Source of the DNA: a virus
Virus record (IMG/VR): IMGVR_UViG_3300045253_000023
Span: 97,562-161,561 of that record
Reading direction: 5' to 3' (one strand)
DNA length: 64,000 nt
A model generated the notes under the pieces. That model was not told the origin of the DNA. It ran no database searches and saw only the letters and a list, made by a program, of their open reading frames with translations. A program made the position numbers and the translations under genes. Below are positions 19,880-28,864 of this stretch, one piece after another (the first letter of the stretch is position 1; the number at the start of each line of letters is the position of its first letter).

Positions 19880-19897
19880 TTTTGTTGTGTTTCGCGC

Positions 19898-19904
19898 CTA
19901 AATA
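19898..19904 (+). promoter_or_regulatory. putative late promoter CTAAATA (variants at 22516, 26550, 38270, 45567, 56334)
   Basis: Intergenic (C/A)TAA(A/G)TA boxes resembling T4 gp55 TATAAATA; gp33 present in the window. Confidence 0.6.
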
Positions 19905-19932
19905 GTATGTTCAATACACGGAGCATGCTGTT

Positions 19933-20256
19933 ATGAGTGATGATGTAACTGTTGACACAACTGTCCAAGTCAGTCCAACAAAGCGAAAGGATGGACACAT
20001 CTCAGCTGGCCTGAGCGCGGATCAAACATTGTTTGAGCGCGTTCAGTCAACCAAGTTGTTGTTGGCATTCTTCATTTTCTCAGTTTCGGCCGTCTTCTGT
20101 TGGTTTGGTAAGATTGACGCCAAGGCGTATTCTGACATTGCTGCATGGGTCATCATGGCATATGTTGCAGGTGATGTTGGTACGAGTGCTGTTGATGCAT
20201 TCAAAAGTAAATTCTCCAACAATTTCAACCACGATCATGATAGTGATGGTAAGTAA
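19933..20256 (+). CDS. two-TM membrane protein, possible holin
   Basis: Two hydrophobic helices, charged tail, follows a late promoter box. Confidence 0.4.
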   Translation: MSDDVTVDTTVQVSPTKRKDGHISAGLSADQTLFERVQSTKLLLAFFIFSVSAVFCWFGKIDAKAYSDIAAWVIMAYVAGDVGTSAVDAFKSKFSNNFNHDHDSDGK

Positions 20257-20322
20257 TTGATGTTTTGGAAAATTTAGTTTACGATTTCGCTTGACTTTTG
20301 ATTCCAAACAGCGTAGAATAGG
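20250..20322 (+). promoter_or_regulatory. early promoter module P6 (+10 bp variant)
   Basis: TAAGTAATTGA, GGAAAATTTAGT-TTACGATTTC-GC-TTGACT(20291)-17-TAGAAT(20314). Confidence 0.9.
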
Positions 20323-20778
20323 CTCCTCAGTTGAAGGAATGTCTTTATGGAATTTCAGGTGTGGTATGAACAAAATTGTCCTGCCGTGAATTATTCAAGC
20401 TGTCGTGGAATATACAATCAATTGAAGAAAATTGCTGAGCAGGCTTGGATAGAAGCACGCCAACAAGGTATTGAACTTGGCTACAAGAATGGTCACTCTG
20501 AAGGCTATTCTGAAGGTCGAGAAGAAGGATATGATGCTGGTTGGAATGAAGCTGCTACTCATTTCGATGGCGATCAACCGTAAGGATTACATCATGTTCA
20601 CACAAGATTTTAATACATGGGTGCGGCAAACATATCCAGGTGGTTTAGCCAGGACCGAAGAGGCTTTGGCACGCTCAGCCTGGGATGCAGGTCGTAAATC
20701 TGGATTGGATTGGGGTGCGCACATGGAACGTCATTCCGCAGCAATGCAGTTTGATGCCACTGGCAATCCACATCGCTC

Positions 20779-21144
20779 ATGACACTCATTATTCACGTTT
20801 CTGATTCCTACCGTCCTCGTCGTAAGTCTCGACGTTCGAAGGGCAAGGTCTGTAGCAAATACAGACCTGAGTTTCGGCCTCTGAAACTCCATGCGGATAG
20901 TCCCTTCCGTCGCCCCGTATCTGATGCGGGCATCCCATCGGGCAGCGCAATGCTGACCGCAACATTCCCCGCCACTCCCCTTCTTCCTTCCTATGAAGGG
21001 GAGCTGGCAGCGCGGGAACAAGCTGCTCAAAAGGAATCACAGAGGCGCAAGAAGATGGTTGCTCCAATGTTCAACAAGGGCGCATATGGCTACATTGGTG
21101 ATGCACCCAAAGAAATCATCCAAGGTCTTGGGAGAAAGCTGTGA
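20779..21144 (+). CDS. conserved T4-like hypothetical protein
   Basis: Basic N-terminus and VAPMFNKGAYGYI C-terminal motif. Confidence 0.6.
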   Translation: MTLIIHVSDSYRPRRKSRRSKGKVCSKYRPEFRPLKLHADSPFRRPVSDAGIPSGSAMLTATFPATPLLPSYEGELAAREQAAQKESQRRKKMVAPMFNKGAYGYIGDAPKEIIQGLGRKL

Positions 21145-21429
21145 TTGACTACATTGCTCTGGTTGAACGCCTGAACACGCTATGGATCAAGTCAGTCACC
21201 ATCGACTTTGACAATCCAGGTGTTGTTGCGATCGAACTGCGCAAGCACATGGGTGAACCTGAATCTGTCATTCTGCACGTGTATCATGCGCTGCGTGGCA
21301 ACCAAATCAGTCGCAACTCAGTTGAGTATGTTTCTCATGAGGGTCTGGTGTATCGAATCCGCATCCCCATGAGGAAATATCCAAAGCCTGCTGATCCGTT
21401 TCCTGAGATCAAGAAAGGCATTGAATAAA

Positions 21430-21645
21430 ATGATCTGTCATTGCGGCCCATACGTCACCAAGGAAATGATTGCGAAAGCAATTGACGCTGGACCGCGCCG
21501 ATCCGTATCTGATATTCGCTACTTGATAGGTGCTGATGAACTTTGCGCCACCTGTCAGGCAACAATTGACACTCTCATTGAAAAGCAACTTCTGGAGATA
21601 TATCATGGCAGTCCGAAACAAGAAAGTCAAGATCACCTTGACTAA
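21430..21645 (+). CDS. BFD-like [2Fe-2S] ferredoxin
   Basis: MICHC...CATC (CxC...CxxC spacing). Confidence 0.65.
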   Translation: MICHCGPYVTKEMIAKAIDAGPRRSVSDIRYLIGADELCATCQATIDTLIEKQLLEIYHGSPKQESQDHLD

Positions 21646-22548
21646 CCGCAAGCGTCTCATTCTCGCCGCAGTTGAAGAACTGGCTTCCAAGCTGGTCTAC
21701 ACTGACCGCAAGAATGATCCTGATCTGTCTGTCAATGATTTTGAATCGGCAATGGTGCTGGGTGAAGTACGCATTGGTGAGATCATCGATGTATTCAAAA
21801 CCCGTCTTAAAGACGGACTCTCCCACCTGAACATTCCAAAGGAAATCAAACATGGCACTGCACAAACTCGCATTGAACGCCCAGATAAAGAGGATCGCGA
21901 CGAAGTATCTTTCGATGGCGAAGTGCTTGACCTTGCAGCACAATTTGCGCGAACTGGTGAGGGAAACAGCGATCGCCATGTTCATGATCCCGAATATTGA
22001 TGAGACCACAGAAGCTCATCGTGATGCAAGGATCATTAGGTTGGCATTGGATCACCTAGCAACTCGCGGCGTCATTGAAAATGATGTTTTCTTCATGGAG
22101 GGTCAACCAAATGAATCCATTCGTCTATCTCTGGAATAAGCTGTTTGTTGAGCTCCATCCAGATTCACCACTCAATCCAGATCATACTGTTGCGGCCATT
22201 GAACGATATCACACGTTCTTGAATGACCAGCAGTTTGATTCTGTTGTGAATGCGTTTGATGCAGCATTGATTGAGGCTGTGGCTCGACGCCAGCAGTTCA
22301 ACCCAATCATTGAAGTGGATGGCATCCTTAGCCCTGAAGTCCAGCTTGATCTGATCCATCATTACCAAGAATTAGGCTGGAAGAGCCTGAGCTTCAATTT
22401 CATTCCACCACATTATCTGAACAAAGATCACATGTCTGGCAGAACCACCATCGCCTTCAACAAGGTCGATCCTGCCACTGTTGAGCTCACACCACCTGGG
22501 CCTGAGTGACATCGCCTAAGTATAGCACAACAGAACCAGGAACTTCAC

Positions 22549-22848
22549 ATGAAATTCAAAGCACATCTTGCGGAAGGATTCGCCAATTATCTCGGATACT
22601 CAGGTTCCGGAATGAAGTTGCCTCGTGATCGCCAGAAAGCTGGTGAAATGAATCAAGATGACGTCAAGTACATGAGCGTCGGCAAAGAAACAGACGTGTA
22701 TGAGATTGGCACTGGCGACAAGAAATATGCCAAAGTGGTGTCCATTTTCTCCACGACTGGTGGCGGACATGCTGTCACTGTTCAACTTGCTGATGCCGAT
22801 GGATACTTCAAAGGCAAGAAACTCACATACAAGATCGTCAAAGGATAA
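22549..22848 (+). CDS. late hypothetical protein, candidate internal head protein
   Basis: CTAAGTA upstream; N-terminus MKFKAHLAE resembles the T4 capsid-targeting sequence. Confidence 0.5.
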   Translation: MKFKAHLAEGFANYLGYSGSGMKLPRDRQKAGEMNQDDVKYMSVGKETDVYEIGTGDKKYAKVVSIFSTTGGGHAVTVQLADADGYFKGKKLTYKIVKG

Positions 22849-22854
22849 TATCGC

Positions 22855-22883
22855 TTTACTTCTTCCTGAACTTCAGGTAGAAT
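22855..22883 (+). promoter_or_regulatory. sigma70-type promoter for nadM-Nudix
   Basis: TTTACT-17 bp-TAGAAT. Confidence 0.75.
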
Positions 22884-22930
22884 ATACATCACAATTGAAT
22901 TCACGTCATCACGATAGGGAGTCTATCAAC

Positions 22931-24007
22931 ATGAACAACAAGCCATATGATTTGGCCGTCTACATCGGCCGTTTTCAACCCTTCCACAATGGGCATCTTC
23001 ATGCCCTACTCGAAGCCCATAAGTTGGCCTCGAAAGTCCTGGTGCTCATCGGCACCAGTGAATCTCCTCGCACACCCAAGAATCCATGGACATTCCAAGA
23101 ACGCGCATCCATGATCATGAATGCTGTGGAAATCAGCAATGCGCTGGTTGGCACTGGTGATCTTATTCCAATTCCACGACGCCTGAATGACTTCATGTAT
23201 GATGACACCAAATGGGTGACTCGTGTTCAACAGGAAGTTGATGATTTTATTGAACAAAATGGTGATTTGCGAACAGGCAGAGCGCCAAGGATCGTCATTG
23301 TGGGTCACGAAAAGGACGCATCCTCATACTACCTGCGCATGTTCCCGCAATGGGAATTTGTTGACACTGGCGCAGCCCAAGAGAAACCAGTCTTGGAAGC
23401 AACCAAGATTCGACAGCTGATTTTTGAAGACAACCTGATGTATGTTCAGTCTGTTGTCCCGCCAAATGTATACACATTCCTGAGTGCCTGGTCATCCACC
23501 ACGACCTATGATGGCGTGCGTGCTGAGTATGATCACTACAAAGAATACAAGGCCAAGTTTGCTTCCGCTCCATTTCCACCCACCTTCCTCACCGCAGATG
23601 CCTGCGTGATTCAATCTGGACACGTATTGCTGGTGCGTCGCAAGAGAGAACCAGGAAAGGGATTGTATGCGCTCCCTGGTGGTTTCGTGAATCAACATGA
23701 GACCATGGAGGATGCGGCACTGCGTGAACTCATCGAAGAAACCAACATCAAGCTGCAACCTGATGTTCTCAAGCGTTGCATTCGCTATAGTAAGGTGTTT
23801 GATGCTCCGCATCGATCATTGCGCGGTCGAACTGTCACTCAGGCATTCCTGATTCGCCTCGATGATTCCAAGCCACTGGCCAAGGTCAAGGCAGGAGACG
23901 ACGCTGAGGAGGCAATGTGGGTTCCATTCAATAACGTCATGTCAATGCGTCCAGAGATGTTCGAGGACCATTATGACATGGTGTTCCATATGATCTCAAA
24001 GGCATGA
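22931..24007 (+). CDS. nadM: bifunctional NMN adenylyltransferase / Nudix ADP-ribose pyrophosphatase
   Basis: IGRFQPFHNGH (HxGH), KNPW, ATKIR; Nudix box ALPGGFV...ETMEDAALRELIEET. Confidence 0.93.
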   Translation: MNNKPYDLAVYIGRFQPFHNGHLHALLEAHKLASKVLVLIGTSESPRTPKNPWTFQERASMIMNAVEISNALVGTGDLIPIPRRLNDFMYDDTKWVTRVQQEVDDFIEQNGDLRTGRAPRIVIVGHEKDASSYYLRMFPQWEFVDTGAAQEKPVLEATKIRQLIFEDNLMYVQSVVPPNVYTFLSAWSSTTTYDGVRAEYDHYKEYKAKFASAPFPPTFLTADACVIQSGHVLLVRRKREPGKGLYALPGGFVNQHETMEDAALRELIEETNIKLQPDVLKRCIRYSKVFDAPHRSLRGRTVTQAFLIRLDDSKPLAKVKAGDDAEEAMWVPFNNVMSMRPEMFEDHYDMVFHMISKA

Positions 24008-24269
24008 TATATGATGTATCTAATCGTTGAAGATGTGATTGTTTACATTCCTGGTGATGAACGTTCTCGTGAATGTCCTGGCCATGGATATTCTGCGCAC
24101 ACTGAGACATATAAGAATGTCATCATTTGTCACGACAAAGAAGGTTTGCTTGCACAGATAAAACATCGAGACAGATATCCAGGTGGCAAGCCATACAAGA
24201 TTTACGAATGCAATCGCGAACTCAAGATTGTGAAAACAGTGGATTTTTGATGTCGCATGAATTATTTTC

Positions 24270-24332
24270 TAAGTGCTTGATGATTTGGAAAATTTAGTGC
24301 TTGACTTTTCAGTTCAATGGGAGTAGAATAGT
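24270..24332 (+). promoter_or_regulatory. early promoter module P7
   Basis: TAAGTGCTTGA, GGAAAATTTAGTGC-TTGACT(24301)-17-TAGAAT(24324). Confidence 0.9.
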
Positions 24333-25106
24333 TCCTGTCATTGAGAGGAACCTTCGCAATATGAGCACCAAGTCTGAAATCAAAGCCTTCATCCAGGAAG
24401 CTGTTGAGTATCTCGCTGACAACTATGGTGATGCGCCTTTCTGCGAAGCTGCCATCGCCATGGCGCGCGAAGACGGTCGAGATCACTATCTGGCTGAGTC
24501 ATGCTCGGCTGAAGAATTTGCTGAACTTTGTGCTGAATTCGCTGAACTTGAGGCTGGCACCATATGAAAATGACTTTCTTCAAGGCTGTGGCTGAGTTTC
24601 CAATGCGGGACAAGAAACCTGGCACTGAATTGTTTTATGTTGGCACTGGTTCTTGGCCGCTGACCAAGAACTTCCTCAATTCCAAGGTCTATCCCACTGT
24701 CAAGGCAGCTGACAAAGCATTGGCATCGTTGTCCAAGAACTATGAAGGTTGCATTCGCACGTATGTGCTTCCATTTGAATTGGAGTATGACACGCTGAAT
24801 GACACCGATCAAATGCGCGAGTTCGTTGCTGAATCCATGCGATATCCGCATTCTTCTTCAAACAACAAAACTGAATTCACAGTTACACCGTAACATGGGT
24901 GTTCATGCACATAATGGCACAATGCCTGGAGCAGTGACGCCGATCTGTAACAACTGCATGATTGCTCTTTGTTTTGACATTGGTGAACAAGAATACAAGG
25001 AAGACAAAGAGTTTTGGGACAATTGGGTCTGTCGCGACTGTAATGGCGGCGAACCCTTATCGCGCCATGTATGGCGTCAACAACACATACAAGAAGGAGT
25101 TTCTGT

Positions 25107-26543
25107 ATGACAAATCGCAATCCAATTCTATCCACCGACAGCTACAAGTTTTCACATGACAAACAATATCCGGAAGGCACTGAAGACATCTATGCCTATC
25201 TGAGCGCACGCGGGAGCCGCGTTGCAGGCTGCAATGAAGTCGTGATGTTTGGGCTTCAACCCTGGATTCATGATCGCATGTGCACTCCAGTGACGCGCAA
25301 GCATGTTGATGATGCGCGCATGTTTTGTATTGCTCATGGCGTCCCATTCAACTATGAAGGCTGGAAGTACATTGTTGAGAAGCACAATGGTTTCCTGCCT
25401 GTTGAGATTCGCGCTGTGCCTGAAGGCACCGTTGTGCCAGTTGGTATGCCAATGGTCACTGTTCATGCCACTGATCCAAAATGCGCATGGTTGACCTGCT
25501 ACCTGGAAACTGACATCATGCGCGCGGTCTGGTATGGTTCGACCGTTGCCACCATTTCGCGTCATTGCAAGAAGATCATCAAGAGATATCTGGACATCAC
25601 TGCTGACAATCCGGAGCAGGAAATCAGCTTCAAGCTGCATGACTTCGGCTTCCGTGGTGTCTCGTCAACGGAATCAGCGGAGATTGGCGGCGCGGCGCAC
25701 CTGATCAACTTCATGGGCACTGACACCGTTGGTGGTATAACGCACGCAATGGAATACTATGCTGCGGATGTTTGTGGGTTCTCCATTCCCGCATCTGAAC
25801 ACTCCACAATGACTTCCTGGGGTCGTGACAACGAAATCAAGGCATACTGGAACATGTTGGAGCAGTATGCTGGTCAAGGCAAAACATTTGCCATGGTCAT
25901 TGATTCCTACAACTGGCGCGAAGCAGTCGAGAAGCTGTACAACAGCGGATTCTTCGATGAGGTCAAGGCGCGTGGTGCCACCGTTGTGCTCCGTCCCGAC
26001 TCTGGTGATCCAACCAAGGTGCCTGTTGAACTGATTGGGCAGCTGATGTTGCTGCTTGGATATGACCGAAATGGCAAGGGATACAAGGTTCTCCCTTCTC
26101 ATGTTCGAGTCATCCAGGGAGATGGCATCACCTTTGAATCGCTGGAACAGATTCTGATCAAGATGGTGCATCATGGATTCAGCACATCGAACATTGCATT
26201 TGGTATGGGTGCTGGTCTGTTGCAGAAGTGTGATCGTGACACATTCAAGTTTGCCATGAAGTGCTCGGCAATTCAACACTTCAATGGTTTCTGGAGTGAT
26301 GTGTTCAAAGACCCAATTGATGCTCCTGACAAGAAAAGCCTGCGCGGTCGAGTGACCACAATCAAGCATGTGGATGGCACCATGAGTGTCACCACACTGG
26401 ACAAGCTGCGCGAAGAGCATCGCATCCAGATGACTGAAGAAGGCGACATGAACATGCTGAACGTGGTCTATGTGTTGGATCACAATGGAATGCGTGTCAA
26501 GTTCACCAACTTTGAGGCTATTCGTGCTCGCGCTGCCGTCTGA
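25107..26543 (+). CDS. nadV: nicotinamide phosphoribosyltransferase (NAMPT)
   Basis: TDSYKFSH, LHDFGFRG, IPASEHS, VIDSY, RPDSGDP, IQGDG, FGMG, RDTFKFAMK. Confidence 0.95.
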   Translation: MTNRNPILSTDSYKFSHDKQYPEGTEDIYAYLSARGSRVAGCNEVVMFGLQPWIHDRMCTPVTRKHVDDARMFCIAHGVPFNYEGWKYIVEKHNGFLPVEIRAVPEGTVVPVGMPMVTVHATDPKCAWLTCYLETDIMRAVWYGSTVATISRHCKKIIKRYLDITADNPEQEISFKLHDFGFRGVSSTESAEIGGAAHLINFMGTDTVGGITHAMEYYAADVCGFSIPASEHSTMTSWGRDNEIKAYWNMLEQYAGQGKTFAMVIDSYNWREAVEKLYNSGFFDEVKARGATVVLRPDSGDPTKVPVELIGQLMLLLGYDRNGKGYKVLPSHVRVIQGDGITFESLEQILIKMVHHGFSTSNIAFGMGAGLLQKCDRDTFKFAMKCSAIQHFNGFWSDVFKDPIDAPDKKSLRGRVTTIKHVDGTMSVTTLDKLREEHRIQMTEEGDMNMLNVVYVLDHNGMRVKFTNFEAIRARAAV

Positions 26544-26568
26544 GCGCACCTAAATAGAAAGAGGATAC

Positions 26569-26811
26569 ATGAGAAGAGTTCTGTTGCTGGTTTTGTTATT
26601 GGTGCTGCAAAGCATCTACGCTGCTGATGCTGGTCTGGTGATCAGTATTCCACCAGAGATGGTCGATTCCATTCTCAAGTGGCGTGTGGCAAACGGGCTG
26701 GACGTTCCATTAAAACAAGCACCAGCGCAGAACGTTCTCATGAACAACGAAATTCACACCAAGATGGTTGATCAAACAGGAAGAGTTGTTTTCATCACCA
26801 CCTCAGTGTAA
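26569..26811 (+). CDS. small secreted protein
   Basis: Signal peptide MRRVLLLVLLLVLQSIYA; late box CTAAATA upstream. Confidence 0.55.
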   Translation: MRRVLLLVLLLVLQSIYAADAGLVISIPPEMVDSILKWRVANGLDVPLKQAPAQNVLMNNEIHTKMVDQTGRVVFITTSV

Positions 26812-26860
26812 ACCCTATTGACGTCTGCCCATGCTATGGGTAATTGTTGGTGTCCCAACA

Positions 26861-27250
26861 GGCCGTCATTGCAAGATGAGTGTATGAAGCGAGCCGAAAG
26901 GTTCTTTGGACGCGGGTTCGATTCCCGCCATCTCCACCAAAATGTATTGTGGCGACCATGGGTTCAATTCCCTTAACTCTTAGGCCGAGTGGAAGCGAAT
27001 GAGGAAAAGAGCTTAGCGGCTCGACAGGTTCAAATCCTGCTCAGTACATTTTGATGGGGATGCCCAGGTTTCGACAGGGGACATGACTAGGCAAGTGGAC
27101 ACTCCGCCGATGTTACTGGCGATTAAAGTGAAACAAAACTCCAAATGCAGCTAACGATGCTGTTTTCGACCAGTCTTCGAACGTTCTTCAGTTCCGCAAG
27201 GCTGCTTGATATCAACTGTGATCCCGAGTGGATTCCTCAACGGGATATGG
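26861..27250 (+). ncRNA. ssrA: circularly permuted (two-piece) tmRNA; outer ends approximate
   Basis: Acceptor piece ending GCGGGTTCGATTCCCGCCATCTCCACCA (26939) lies upstream of the 5' end GGGGATG...TTCGAC (27056); G3-U70 pair; ACACTC/GAGTGT helix 2; pk1; tag frame 27147-27209 AANDAVFDQSSNVLQFRKAA*. Confidence 0.92.
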
Positions 27251-27277
27251 AAGGGCAGGGCAACCTGCCCTTTCTTT
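27251..27277 (+). terminator. rho-independent terminator after tmRNA
   Basis: AAGGGCAGG-GCAA-CCTGCCCTT followed by TCTTT. Confidence 0.85.
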
Positions 27278-27347
27278 GTATGTTGATCATGCTATTACAA
27301 TGAATGTCTTGGTTGAGCGTTTGTCGCCGACAATTCAAAGGAAACTC

Positions 27348-27950
27348 ATGAAGACCAAAGGTCAGATTTTGTATACAGTGATGGACTTCACACTCCGCAC
27401 CTTGTTATCGGCGCTAATGGCGCTCTTGTTCATTCTACTCGCAGTCAAAGCAGCAGAATCTCGTCATCCAGAAACATTTGTCAGCGTGGAGCTATCTGTT
27501 CCAGCATACAAGGGAGTGCAACACTCCTTTGCTGACATTGAGGATATGGCGCGCAACATTTACTATGAGAGCAGAGGCCAACCTGACTTGGGGCAAGTGG
27601 CCGTCGCACATGTTGTACTAAATAGATTGCGAGCAGGAGTGTTTGCGAACACTGTTCATGGCGTGATCTATCAGCGCCTGCCTGTTTGTCAATTCTCATG
27701 GGTGTGCCAACCACGCTATCCAATCCACGACCAAGTGGCATGGACCAAAGCAATGGTGATTGCACAGAACGTGCTTGAAGGCAACATTGCAGACCCAACT
27801 TCTGGGTCCTTGTACTTCCACGTCACAACCCTTGGGCTCTCTTCACAAGACGACAAGATCATTTGCATCAAGGATCATGTCTTCTACAACAAGAAGCCAA
27901 TTGTATATGCAAAAGACAACAACAGAACAACTCCTACACGACGCATTTGA
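27348..27950 (+). CDS. SleB/Hydrolase_2 cell-wall hydrolase with N-terminal TM
   Basis: MARNIYYESRGQ, VAVAHVVLNR, CQFSW, DPTSGSLYFH, HVFY. Confidence 0.9.
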   Translation: MKTKGQILYTVMDFTLRTLLSALMALLFILLAVKAAESRHPETFVSVELSVPAYKGVQHSFADIEDMARNIYYESRGQPDLGQVAVAHVVLNRLRAGVFANTVHGVIYQRLPVCQFSWVCQPRYPIHDQVAWTKAMVIAQNVLEGNIADPTSGSLYFHVTTLGLSSQDDKIICIKDHVFYNKKPIVYAKDNNRTTPTRRI

Positions 27951-28131
27951 GTTCAAGCGCAAAGCTGATGCCCTTCGGGTAGTTGCGGGCGAGCTCAAGG
28001 ATGCGAATGACTTCAACACCAAGACCATTGCAGCCTGCTCACTCAGGCTGGATTCTCTTGCAATATCAACCAAGTACATGCTGGATCGCTGCTGGAAGGC
28101 AATGGAAATGACACAACAGCAGACTCCCTGT

Positions 28132-28204
28132 TAACCTGTTGATTGTTTGGAAAATTTAGTTTAAGAAATCGCTTGACTTTTGCTTCTGATGGGAGTAGAA
28201 TAGG
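28132..28204 (+). promoter_or_regulatory. early promoter module P8 (+10 bp variant)
   Basis: TAACCTGTTGATT, GGAAAATTTAGT-TTAAGAAATC-GC-TTGACT(28173)-17-TAGAAT(28196). Confidence 0.9.
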
Positions 28205-28864
28205 CTCCTGAGATAGGAGATTTGTGATGGTTACTGCTGAAATGCGTCGTGAGAAGTTTGCCTTTGAATTGGGTCATGAAGATCGTGCGGATTTCAACCC
28301 GCGTGCTCCTTTCGCCAATCGTCCCGCGTTTGAACGCGACTATCATTCAACCCATCGATCCATGAATGGTCGTGCTTCGGTTCCATTTGGAGCCAAGGCC
28401 GAATTCAGAATGGTCTTGGGTCTTGGCAACACGCGTTGGGTTGCTGGTCCAATCTGGGCATATTCGCTCGTTGCGCTTGCTCCTGACAATCAGAAGCAAC
28501 TCGAATCCATTGGTGTGGTGTTCTTGCCATGAAATATATCTGGAAGGTCTCCGAAGCCCCAACTGGCCCATATCGCTCATTTCAAAAGCGTGGTTGGCCA
28601 ACTGCCGAAACTCCTGCTGGCGAAGTTGTTGCCACCATCGGGTGCGTCGATGACTATCGTCCTGCTGATGTGAAGACTGGCAAACACCAGCCTCTCATTC
28701 TTCGAGTTCGCCGCAAAACATCCACATCTGAAGAAATTGAGAAGTTTGGTGGATTCCGTTGGTTGCGTATGATCAAGGAGTTCGCTACCCTCGATGAAGC
28801 CAAGGCTGCATTCAAACGTTTTGTTGACAATAACCCTGAACATCCTTTCATCTGAGGATTCATA

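Noticed and set aside
25152-26549. Long antisense ORFs (e.g. 25674..26549, 5648..6358, 43161..43994, 35516..36106)
   Set aside because: Shadow frames opposite well-supported genes, with no motifs or ribosome-binding sites.
26909-26939. Isolated tRNA 3' fragment or attP site
   Set aside because: It pairs with the downstream GGGGATG segment as the acceptor piece of a permuted tmRNA, and no integrase is present.
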